A DNA stretch of 64,000 nt from Eubacteriales bacterium (GTDB taxonomy: Bacteria > Bacillota > Clostridia > Oscillospirales > CAG-272): the NCBI GenBank assembly GCA_045660785.1, contig JAZREL010000076.1:594-64593 (forward strand). Direction: 5' to 3'. Under the pieces are notes generated by a model. It was not told the origin of the DNA, did not search any database, and was given only the letters and a program-made list of their open reading frames with translations. The position numbers and the translations under genes were made by a program. This document shows positions 9,663-17,560 of this stretch, one piece after another. Positions within the stretch are counted from its first letter, which is position 1, and each line of letters begins with the position of its first letter.

Positions 9663-10742
9663 TTGGAAAAATATAAAAAAGTAACGTATATAGCCATAAG
9701 CATAGTGATATTTACACTTCTTGGCTATTTCTTTTTCAAATACGCGTTTGGCATTATTTTGCCGTTTCTTACTTCCTTTTTGGTCGTGGCGCTCTCACGC
9801 CCGATTATAAACAAAATTGCGAAAAAAACGACACTCCCCAAGCCAATTGTAAGTATTTTCGTGCTTTCGATGATGCTTCTTATCGTGGGCGCGGTGCTTG
9901 GCGGCTTGGTTGTCATAACCGCAAATCAGCTTGTAAGCATAACCGAAAAAATAATAAATAACCTCTCAGGTGACGAAAATTATGTAAGCGTCTTATTTAA
10001 TATAGTCGAAAAAATCGAGGAAAAGCTTCCGTTTGTAAATAACGTTTTTCCAAACGAGGAATCACTTTATTCGCTTGTTATAAATATGCTCCTTGACGGG
10101 GCAAAATCTCTAAGCTTAAAGCTAACCTCATTCCTTGCTGGACTTATTGCCGCACTGCCGAATATTGCCGTCACCGCTATTGCAGTTGCCCTTTCGCTTT
10201 TCTATTTTGCAAAGGATTACGACAAAATAGGCAACAAGCTGATTGAAATTTTACCGAAGCGCCTTGGTAATATCGCGCTTATTTTCAAAAATGACGTGCT
10301 CCTTGTCGTTTCAAAATATCTGAAGTCGTACGTCATTTTGCTTTTTATCACCTTTTGTGAGCTGATTGTCGGCTTCTTTATACTCGGGCTTGAAAATGCG
10401 TTTATCTTAGCCGTTATAATCGCCCTTGTCGATATGCTTCCAATCCTTGGTGCAGGCACGGTTTTGGTGCCGTGGTCGGTAATTGCGCTTGTCTTAGGCG
10501 ACTACAAAAGCGCGATAATACTGTTCATCTTGGCAGGCGTGACCTATTTTTCACGCCAAATACTCGAGCCGAAGATTTTAAGCAAGCAAATGAACCTTCA
10601 TCCGCTTCTTATGCTCATTTCAATGTATGCAGGGCTAAAGCTTGCGGGCTTTTTGGGGCTCGTTTTGGCACCTATCGTTGCCTTTATTGTTAAAATCACG
10701 ATAGACCGAATTAAAAATGAAAAAAGTGTTGAAAAACGATAA
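9663..10742 (+). CDS. AI-2E family transporter, YtvI-like sporulation integral membrane protein
   Basis: 359 aa with ~8 TM segments and AI-2E/PerM-like topology. It uses a TTG start behind a GAGGTG RBS. Confidence 0.7.
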   Translation: MEKYKKVTYIAISIVIFTLLGYFFFKYAFGIILPFLTSFLVVALSRPIINKIAKKTTLPKPIVSIFVLSMMLLIVGAVLGGLVVITANQLVSITEKIINNLSGDENYVSVLFNIVEKIEEKLPFVNNVFPNEESLYSLVINMLLDGAKSLSLKLTSFLAGLIAALPNIAVTAIAVALSLFYFAKDYDKIGNKLIEILPKRLGNIALIFKNDVLLVVSKYLKSYVILLFITFCELIVGFFILGLENAFILAVIIALVDMLPILGAGTVLVPWSVIALVLGDYKSAIILFILAGVTYFSRQILEPKILSKQMNLHPLLMLISMYAGLKLAGFLGLVLAPIVAFIVKITIDRIKNEKSVEKR

Positions 10743-10804
10743 AGCTTGTGATATTATATACTATATAATTTAACTTACTTTATTGCAAGGGGAATTTTTA
10801 TAGT

Positions 10805-11809
10805 ATGTATAACGATAAAAAGGTGGTTTTCTCAGGCGTACAGCCATCGGGAAACCTTACAATAGGAAACTATCTTGGCGCAATTAAGAATTTCAGCGCA
10901 TTTTCAGAGGAATATCATTGCTATTACTGCGTTGTTGATATGCACGCAATTACGGTAAGACAAGTGCCGGCGGAGCTCAGACGTAGAACCTACGAAACGC
11001 TCGCGCTTTATATTGCTTGCGGCCTTGACCCACAAAAGAACACGCTTTTCGTTCAAAGCCACGTGCCCGGTCACGCGGAGCTTGGTTGGATTCTTGACTG
11101 CTACACTATGTTTGGTGAGCTTTCGAGAATGACACAGTTTAAGGACAAAAGCGCCAAGAATGCAGATAATATAAATGCAGGTCTTTTTACCTACCCTGCG
11201 CTTATGGCGGCTGATATTTTACTTTACCAAACCGAGCTTGTGCCTGTCGGCTCCGACCAAAAGCAGCATCTTGAGCTTGCACGTGATATTGCAAACCGCT
11301 TCAATCAGGTGTACGGTGAAACCTTCGTTGTGCCCGACGGATATATTTCCAAGGGTGGTGCTAAAATTATGTCACTTCAAGACCCAACAAAGAAGATGAG
11401 CAAATCCGACGTAAACGAAAACGCCGTTGTCAGAATCCTTGATTCCAAGGACGATATAATCAGAAAGTTCAAAAGGGCAGTTACTGACTCGGGCAATGAA
11501 ATTTGCATAGGCGAGGGCAAGGACGGCATTGCCAACCTCTTAAGCATCTATTCCTGCTTTGCAAACAAAACCGTTGACGAAGCAATTAAGGAATTTGAGG
11601 GCAAGGGCTACGGTGAATTTAAGCTTGCCGTTGGTGAAGCGTGTGCAGACGCCTTAGCACCCGTAAGAGAGGAATTTAACCGCCTAATGGCAGATAAAGC
11701 ATACCTCGAGGAGGTTATGAAAGCGGGCGCGCAGGATGCCTACCGCCATGCAAGAAAGACCCTTTCCAAGGTTCGCCGCAAAATTGGCTTTACAGAATTA
11801 AAATTCTAA
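10805..11809 (+). CDS. trpS: Tryptophan--tRNA ligase
   Basis: 334 aa. It has a class I HIGH-like motif (GNLTIGNYLG) and KMSKS. Confidence 0.96.
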   Translation: MYNDKKVVFSGVQPSGNLTIGNYLGAIKNFSAFSEEYHCYYCVVDMHAITVRQVPAELRRRTYETLALYIACGLDPQKNTLFVQSHVPGHAELGWILDCYTMFGELSRMTQFKDKSAKNADNINAGLFTYPALMAADILLYQTELVPVGSDQKQHLELARDIANRFNQVYGETFVVPDGYISKGGAKIMSLQDPTKKMSKSDVNENAVVRILDSKDDIIRKFKRAVTDSGNEICIGEGKDGIANLLSIYSCFANKTVDEAIKEFEGKGYGEFKLAVGEACADALAPVREEFNRLMADKAYLEEVMKAGAQDAYRHARKTLSKVRRKIGFTELKF

Positions 11810-11810
11810 A

Positions 11811-11838
11811 AAAGAGAGGTCGCAAGACCTCTTTTTTA
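11811..11838 (+). terminator. Intrinsic terminator after trpS
   Basis: agaggtc/gacctct hairpin plus a T6 run. Confidence 0.85.
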
Positions 11839-11904
11839 ATAGCATAATCAAGAATTGTCATTTCGGAGCAAAACGATAGAATTTTTCAAAATGCTTCGGG
11901 AGCG

Positions 11905-11935
11905 CAAAACAAAAGGACAGGCAACCGCCTGTCCT
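11905..11935 (-). terminator. Intrinsic terminator, probably the ancestral terminator of the response-regulator gene
   Basis: A 9-bp stem aggacaggc/gcctgtcct. On the minus strand it is followed by TTTGTTTT. Confidence 0.7.
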
Positions 11936-11940
11936 AAACA

Positions 11941-12075
11941 TTAGTCATTATTTTGGAAAACCTCTTGGCTCCCTTGTGCAAAGGGAGCTCCCACGAAGGT
12001 GGGTGAGGGATTGAAAAAGAAAAGCCGTAGCAAAAGCCACGGCATAATTTATTAGTCATTATTCTGAAATACTTC
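11941..12075 (-). repeat. Duplicated regulator 3' end (~24 nt, including the stop) flanking a 99-bp hairpin-rich insertion
   Basis: TTAGTCATTATT occurs at 11941-11952 and 12052-12063. Similarity extends to ~24 nt with 20 identities. Both copies read EVFQNND-stop on the minus strand. Confidence 0.6.
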
Positions 12076-12753
12076 AAATTTGTAGCCAACGCCCCAAATT
12101 GTGCGAAGCTCCCACTTTGTTGAAACGCCCGTGAGCTTTTCGCGAAGGCGCTTAATGTGTACGTCAACCGTACGTGAGTCACCAAGGTAGTCAAATGACC
12201 AAACCTTGTTAAGAAGCTGATCTCTTGTGAAAACTCTGTTAAAGTTCTTTGCAAGGAAGTGAAGGAGCATAAATTCCTTGTTTGGCAAGTCAACGCTTTC
12301 GCCCTTTATTTTAAGCTCGTGATTTGAAAGACTGATTTCAAGATTGTCAAAGCGAAGTGTGTCCTTGTCCGCATGAAGCTCCATAGTGCTGTATCTTCTG
12401 AGCACCGCCTTAACTCTTGCCAAAAGCTCCTGCATATCAAACGGCTTTACAACAAAGTCGTCCGCGCCAAGCTCAAGTCCAAGCACCTTGTCAAAAACAC
12501 CGCCCTTAGCAGTAATCATAATCATTGGCTTGTTTGAATTAGCTCTTATCTCGCGGCAAACGTCCGTGCCGTCCTTTTTTGGAAGCATAAGATCGAGAAG
12601 AACTATATCAGGGTCGTAGGTTTTGAACATTTGCATACCGCTAACACCGTCGTTTGCAATAGCAACCTCGTAGCCCTCATTTTGAAAATAAACCTTAATA
12701 AGCTCACAGATGTTAACGTCGTCGTCTATAACAAGCATCTTTGTTCCGAGCAT
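12052..12753 (-). CDS. OmpR/PhoB-family response regulator
   Basis: A receiver domain (VIDDD...DLMLP...KP) is followed by a winged-helix domain. I set the start at ATG 12753 behind a GGAGG RBS; the tracked TTG 12765 lies inside the RBS. Confidence 0.93.
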   Translation of the reverse strand: MLGTKMLVIDDDVNICELIKVYFQNEGYEVAIANDGVSGMQMFKTYDPDIVLLDLMLPKKDGTDVCREIRANSNKPMIMITAKGGVFDKVLGLELGADDFVVKPFDMQELLARVKAVLRRYSTMELHADKDTLRFDNLEISLSNHELKIKGESVDLPNKEFMLLHFLAKNFNRVFTRDQLLNKVWSFDYLGDSRTVDVHIKRLREKLTGVSTKWELRTIWGVGYKFEVFQNND

Positions 12754-12944
12754 AATTACCTCCAAATATTAAAAAAATATGAATTCTTAGAAATTATATC
12801 ACATAAAAAGTGAATTGTAAACAACTTTTTAACAAAAAAGTTCACACACGCTTAATATTTTACATCATTAATGTGAAAATTGTGTGATAAAGCAGTGTAA
12901 TAATCATAAAAATGTGCAGTTTTTTGAATTTTTTTCCTTTTCAC

Positions 12945-12973
12945 TTGCATACGCGCGAAAAATAATGTATAAT
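12945..12973 (+). promoter_or_regulatory. Sigma-A promoter (TTGCAT-17-TATAAT) for ychF
   Basis: Hexamers and spacing were read directly from the sequence, 45 nt upstream of the ATG. Confidence 0.6.
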
Positions 12974-13017
12974 TAGTGCGATAATATAAAGAAATACGAC
13001 TTTTACGAGGTAAAAAT

Positions 13018-14109
13018 ATGAAACTTGGTATCGTTGGACTTCCTAACGTAGGAAAAAGCACACTTTTTAATGCACTTACAAATGCAGGCGCACAAAGCGC
13101 AAACTACCCATTCTGCACGATTGAGCCAAACGTTGGCGTTGTTGCCGTGCCTGATTCACGCCTTGATACGCTTGCAAAAATGTATAATCCCGAGCTATAT
13201 ACTCCCGCAGTTATCGAATTTGTTGATATTGCAGGTCTTGTTAAGGGTGCAAGCCGCGGTGAGGGTCTTGGCAATAAGTTCCTTTCACACATAAGAGAGG
13301 TTGATGCGATAGTTCACGTTGTACGTTGCTTTGAAAACAACGATATTATTCACGTTGACGGCTCAATTGACCCAATTCGTGACCTTGAAACTATAAACTT
13401 AGAGCTTATCTTTTCCGATATGGAAATTCTTGAAAGAAGAATAGATAACGTTAAAAAGGCAATGAAGGGTGACAAAACTCTTGCGCCAAAGCTCGACCTT
13501 TATGAGCGCGTTATGAAAACTCTCGAGGACGGAAAAAGCGCACGCTCACTCGACTATACCGAGGAGGAGTCCGCTTGGATTAGCGAGGTTGCACTCCTAA
13601 CAATCAAGCCCGTTATCTATGCGGCAAACATTAGCGAAACCGACCTTGCAAACCTCGAAGCAAACAGCTTCCTTAAAAGAGTTACCGACTTTGCAAAGAG
13701 CGAAAAGAGCGAGGTTATCCCCGTTTGCGCGGAAATCGAGGCAGAAATTGCAGAGCTTGAGGGTGAGGACAAGGAAATGTTCCTTTCAGACCTTGGAATC
13801 AGCGAAAGCGGCCTTGACCGCCTTATCAAGGCAAGCTATTCACTCCTTGGACTTATCAGCTATCTTACAGCAGGACCAAAGGAGGTTCGCGCTTGGACAA
13901 TCACTAAGGGCACAAAAGCACCTGGGGCTGCCGGCAAGATTCACTCCGACTTTGAGCGTGGCTTCATCCGCGCCGAAATCGTTTCCTTTGATGACCTTGT
14001 TGCTTGCGGCTCAATGAACGTTGCCAAGGAAAAGGGCCTTGTTCGCTCCGAGGGTAAGGAATACGTAATCAACGACGGAGATATAGTTCTTTTCAGATTC
14101 AACGTGTAA
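13018..14109 (+). CDS. ychF: Redox-regulated ribosome-binding ATPase YchF
   Basis: 363 aa. [10 protein letters not shown]-loop and a C-terminal TGS-like domain ([19 protein letters not shown]). Confidence 0.96.
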   Translation: MKLGIVGLPNVGKSTLFNALTNAGAQSANYPFCTIEPNVGVVAVPDSRLDTLAKMYNPELYTPAVIEFVDIAGLVKGASRGEGLGNKFLSHIREVDAIVHVVRCFENNDIIHVDGSIDPIRDLETINLELIFSDMEILERRIDNVKKAMKGDKTLAPKLDLYERVMKTLEDGKSARSLDYTEEESAWISEVALLTIKPVIYAANISETDLANLEANSFLKRVTDFAKSEKSEVIPVCAEIEAEIAELEGEDKEMFLSDLGISESGLDRLIKASYSLLGLISYLTAGPKEVRAWTITKGTKAPGAAGKIHSDFERGFIRAEIVSFDDLVACGSMNVAKEKGLVRSEGKEYVINDGDIVLFRFNV

Positions 14110-14151
14110 TAAAGCGTACGCTTTCAAAAAATCAATTAAGCGGAGGACTTT

Positions 14152-14625
14152 ATGCGGCTTTTATTCGAACAACGACTTTTTTCGTGGTTTGACAGCTACG
14201 ATATATATGATGAAGAAGGCAATACCGTTTATACAGTTAAAGGAGAGCTTGCGTGGGGGCACCTTTTGCGCATTTATGATGCACAGGGTAACGAAATCGG
14301 ATGTGTGAGAGAAAAAATTCTCAGCTGGCTTCCAAAATTTGAAATGTATTGTGACGATACCTACATAGGCTGCATAAAAAAGGAGCTATCCTTATTCAAG
14401 CCTAAATTCAGCATTGATTATAACGGTTGGCAGGTTGAGGGCGACTTCTTCGAATGGGACTATTCAATTAAAAGCGAAAGCGGCGCACTTGTCGCTACCG
14501 TTTCCAAGGATGTTTGGAGACTGAGAGATACGTACGTGATTGATGTATGGAATCAAAACGATGCAATTTATTCTCTGATGCTTGTTCTTGCAATAGATGC
14601 GGAGAAGTGTTCAAGAAAGAATTAA
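14152..14625 (+). CDS. LURP-one-related (DUF567, tubby-like fold) protein
   Basis: 157 aa. FSWFDSYDIYDEEGN and LVLAIDAEKC are characteristic of the bacterial LURP1-like family. Confidence 0.8.
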   Translation: MRLLFEQRLFSWFDSYDIYDEEGNTVYTVKGELAWGHLLRIYDAQGNEIGCVREKILSWLPKFEMYCDDTYIGCIKKELSLFKPKFSIDYNGWQVEGDFFEWDYSIKSESGALVATVSKDVWRLRDTYVIDVWNQNDAIYSLMLVLAIDAEKCSRKN

Positions 14626-14650
14626 AATAGGGCAAAAACCCGACATACTT

Positions 14651-14676
14651 GTAGGGCGGGGGCTTGCTCCCGCCGC
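14651..14676 (+). repeat. GTAG-headed GC-rich palindrome (REP-like element)
   Basis: GTAG is followed by a ggcggg...cccgcc hairpin. It lies in the leader of the histidine-kinase gene. Confidence 0.55.
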
Positions 14677-14716
14677 TATTATTTGTGCGGCGCCTAGCAC
14701 GAAAGGAGGAGAGAAA

Positions 14717-16384
14717 GTGAAGCGTTACTTAAAAAGTATTCACACAAGGTATATGCTTACCTTTATGACGATAATGATTTTAACGATTTTGATTCTCGGT
14801 ATCATTATCACAAATATCATAACGAACTTTACCCTTGACTTAAAGCTAAAGGAAATGTATGAGTCAAACGTCACTCTCTCCTCGTATTTTAAGGTGGAGG
14901 AAGAGGATGGCGTTTTGCCCGAAATTACGGGTGAGGACGGAAAAATTAACGAGGGATTAAACGACGTATTAAAAACTCTGTTTTTAATTTCTCCTCAAAC
15001 GGGCGTTTTGGTCTTTGACGGTGAGGGAAAAATGATGCTCCATGCAAGCAAGGACGAAAACGGCGAAATTGCCTTGTCGTATGCGCACAAGGATGGCGTG
15101 CCCGAAATTATCTCAAGGGAAACCTTGCCCGAGGGCTTCCTTAGCCGTATTATGCAAAACAAAGCGGTATCGCTAAACGATAGCTGTGACGGATATTTCG
15201 ACACAGAGGTTTATTTTTATGCAAGGGCGATGACAACAATGGTAGAGCTTCCCAATGAGCCAAATGAAGATGGCGAAGAGGACGGGCAAAAGACAAAATC
15301 CGCGGGCTCAAGCTCCGTTGATTCCTCTAATCAAGAGGGCGCAGACAGTGACGAAAGCTTAGAGCAATTGCCCGTAATGCAGGAAAAGCTCCTTGGTGTT
15401 GTAATTTGCTACGACGCGGGTAACACGGAGCAGGACAGAATGTTAAAGGGCATGATGGGTGCAATTATTTCAACGCTTGTTTGGATTATGGTTGCCTCAC
15501 TCGTTGCAATTTACGGCGTTAGCTACTATTCGATGAAGCCGCTTCGCCAAATCGGTCAAGCCGCAAAGAGCTTCTCGCGCGGAAAGTTCAACGTGCGCGT
15601 TAAGGTGCGCGGAAATGACGAGCTTGCCGAGCTTGCAGAATCGTTCAACCAAATGGCAAGCGCAATTGAATCAAAGGACGAAATGCAAAAGAACTTCCTT
15701 AGTAACGTTTCCCACGACCTGAAAACACCGATGACCACAATTGCGGGCTTCGTTGACGGCATTTTGGACGGCGCAATTCCGCCTGAAAAGCAGGAATATT
15801 ACCTGAATATTATAAAAAATGAGGTTAAGCGACTCAGCCGCTTGGTTACCTCACTTCTTGACATTTCACGCCTTCAATCAGGCGAAAGAAAGTTTGAATT
15901 TAAGCAGTTTAATATCTGTGAGCTTACGCGCCAAACCGTGCTTTCCTTTGAAAATCAGCTCGAGGAAAAGAAGCTGAACGTTGAGTTTGACACGGATGAC
16001 TTCGATATGATGGCATACGGAGACACTGACGCTATAAACCAAGTTATTTATAACCTTTGCCACAATGCCGTTAAATTCTCGTATAACGAGGGATTATATA
16101 GAGTTAGCATAAAATACGATACTAACGATAGCGTGCGCTTTACAATGTATAACGAGGGCGTAGGAATAGCTAAGGACGATTTACCTTACGTCTTTGATAG
16201 ATTTTATAAGAGCGACAAGAGCCGCGGCCTTGACAAAACGGGCACGGGCTTGGGTCTGTTCATTACAAAGACGATAGTAGAAGCACACGGACAAAAAATA
16301 ACAGTTGAGAGTGAATATGAAAAGTGGTGCGAATTTTCGTTCACCCTTCCGAAAACTCCAAAAAGCTTACCAAAAGGAGAGTAA
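14717..16384 (+). CDS. Sensor histidine kinase (2 TM, HAMP, HisKA, HATPase_c)
   Basis: H-box SHDLKTPMT, an N-box (NLCHNAVKF) and a G-box (GTGLGL). I set the start at GTG 14717 behind an AGGAGG RBS. The tracked 14597 start would read through the REP-like element and overlap the LURP gene. Confidence 0.9.
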   Translation: MKRYLKSIHTRYMLTFMTIMILTILILGIIITNIITNFTLDLKLKEMYESNVTLSSYFKVEEEDGVLPEITGEDGKINEGLNDVLKTLFLISPQTGVLVFDGEGKMMLHASKDENGEIALSYAHKDGVPEIISRETLPEGFLSRIMQNKAVSLNDSCDGYFDTEVYFYARAMTTMVELPNEPNEDGEEDGQKTKSAGSSSVDSSNQEGADSDESLEQLPVMQEKLLGVVICYDAGNTEQDRMLKGMMGAIISTLVWIMVASLVAIYGVSYYSMKPLRQIGQAAKSFSRGKFNVRVKVRGNDELAELAESFNQMASAIESKDEMQKNFLSNVSHDLKTPMTTIAGFVDGILDGAIPPEKQEYYLNIIKNEVKRLSRLVTSLLDISRLQSGERKFEFKQFNICELTRQTVLSFENQLEEKKLNVEFDTDDFDMMAYGDTDAINQVIYNLCHNAVKFSYNEGLYRVSIKYDTNDSVRFTMYNEGVGIAKDDLPYVFDRFYKSDKSRGLDKTGTGLGLFITKTIVEAHGQKITVESEYEKWCEFSFTLPKTPKSLPKGE

Positions 16385-16390
16385 TTAACA

Positions 16391-17506
16391 ATGGAATACG
16401 TTGCAACCTGCCTTTTCGGGCTTGAGGGACTTCTCGGTGAGGAAATCGACGCCCTTGGCTATCGCCGCACCGAAACAATGGATGGCAGAATCAGCTTTGT
16501 AGGCGACGAAAGCGCGCTTGCAAGAGCAAGCATTATGCTTCGCTTTGCCGAAAGAATTTATATCAAAATCGGCGAGTTTAACGCCACCACCTTTGACGAG
16601 CTTTTTGAGGGCACAAAAGCACTCAATTGGCATGAGTGGATAGGACAGAGGGATGTTTTCCCCGTGCGCGGACATTCGATAAAAAGCACACTCTTTTCCG
16701 TGCCCGACTGTCAAAAAATCATAAAAAAAGCTATCGTTTCCCGTCTTTCAAGGGAGTATGGCATTTCTTGGTTCGAGGAAACGGGAGTTAAATACCAAAT
16801 TGACTTTTTCATCTTCAAAAACCGCTGCACCTTAATGCTTGATACCTCAGGAACACCGCTTCACAAAAGGGGATACCGCCCAAAATCAAACGATGCCCCA
16901 ATCAGAGAAACGCTCGGCGCGGCGCTTGCTAAGCTTTCTCGCCCACGCGAGGACGTGCTGCTTTGGGATCCGTTTTGCGGCTCAGGCACTATTGCCATTG
17001 AGGGCGCTATGCAAATACTTAATATTGCCCCGGGAATAAACCGCTCATTTGCGGCAGAAAGCTTCCCACAGCTTGATAAATCGATTTGGCAAAATGCAAG
17101 AGAGGAAGCCAAGGATTTAGAGAAAAGAGACAGCAAATTTGAAGCATACGCCTCTGACATCGACCCCGAATGTATTGAAATTGCAACCGAAAACGCAAAA
17201 AACGCAGGGGTTTTGAGCCACGTGAAAATCTTTAAGCAGGATGCCCTCACCATTAAAACCGAGGGACGCCGCGGCACAATCGTTTGCAACCCACCGTACG
17301 GTGAGCGCCTCTTTACAATGAAGCAAACAGAGGAGCTATATAGAAAAATGGGCAAGCACTTTGCTACGCTTGACAGATGGCAGCAGTACGTTATGACAAG
17401 CCACGAGGGTTTCCAAAACCTCTTTGGCAGACGTGCAGATAAGGTAAGAAAGCTTTATAACGGTATGATCCCGTGCTATTTTTACCAATTTTTTAAGAAT
17501 AAATGA
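16391..17506 (+). CDS. THUMP-domain class I SAM-dependent RNA methyltransferase (RlmK/L-like)
   Basis: 371 aa. An N-terminal THUMP domain, DPFCGSGT SAM-binding motif and NPPYG catalytic motif. Confidence 0.88.
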   Translation: MEYVATCLFGLEGLLGEEIDALGYRRTETMDGRISFVGDESALARASIMLRFAERIYIKIGEFNATTFDELFEGTKALNWHEWIGQRDVFPVRGHSIKSTLFSVPDCQKIIKKAIVSRLSREYGISWFEETGVKYQIDFFIFKNRCTLMLDTSGTPLHKRGYRPKSNDAPIRETLGAALAKLSRPREDVLLWDPFCGSGTIAIEGAMQILNIAPGINRSFAAESFPQLDKSIWQNAREEAKDLEKRDSKFEAYASDIDPECIEIATENAKNAGVLSHVKIFKQDALTIKTEGRRGTIVCNPPYGERLFTMKQTEELYRKMGKHFATLDRWQQYVMTSHEGFQNLFGRRADKVRKLYNGMIPCYFYQFFKNK

Positions 17507-17519
17507 TTAAATAAATAAT

Positions 17520-17560
17520 CTCCGTAAATACTACTAAAAAAGTATCTACGGAGGTTTTTT
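17520..17560 (+). terminator. Terminator-like hairpin that contains the SD of the next gene
   Basis: A 12-bp stem with one mismatch (ctccgta-atact / agtat-tacggag), then G + T6, then the ATG at 17561. The GGAGG SD forms the 3' arm. Confidence 0.6.

Noticed and set aside
10743-10804. T-box leaders upstream of trpS (and of proS at 35171-35328).
   Set aside because: The trpS leader is only ~60 nt. The proS upstream region holds a promoter but no specifier loop, T-box sequence or terminator/antiterminator pair.
11934-12293. 119-aa minus-strand ORF overlapping the response-regulator 3' end.
   Set aside because: It is out of frame with the regulator, and its C-terminus is read from the inserted repeat element. 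There is no independent start signal.
12780-12900. Isolated ATGAATTC, GTGAATTG and GTGAAAATTG words as a fourth family-1 array.
   Set aside because: The words are not periodically spaced and are not separated by TG...CA-closed palindromes. This is probably chance or heavily decayed, so I did not count it.
14597-14716. N-terminal 40-codon extension of the histidine kinase (tracked start 14597).
   Set aside because: It overlaps the LURP-like gene and translates the GTAG/REP-like palindrome. A GTG with a strong AGGAGG RBS at 14717 gives a normal kinase N-terminus.
16385-16714. 109-aa minus-strand ORF at the start of the THUMP methyltransferase gene.
   Set aside because: It is antisense to a gene with clear THUMP and NPPYG motifs, and it has no start signals.
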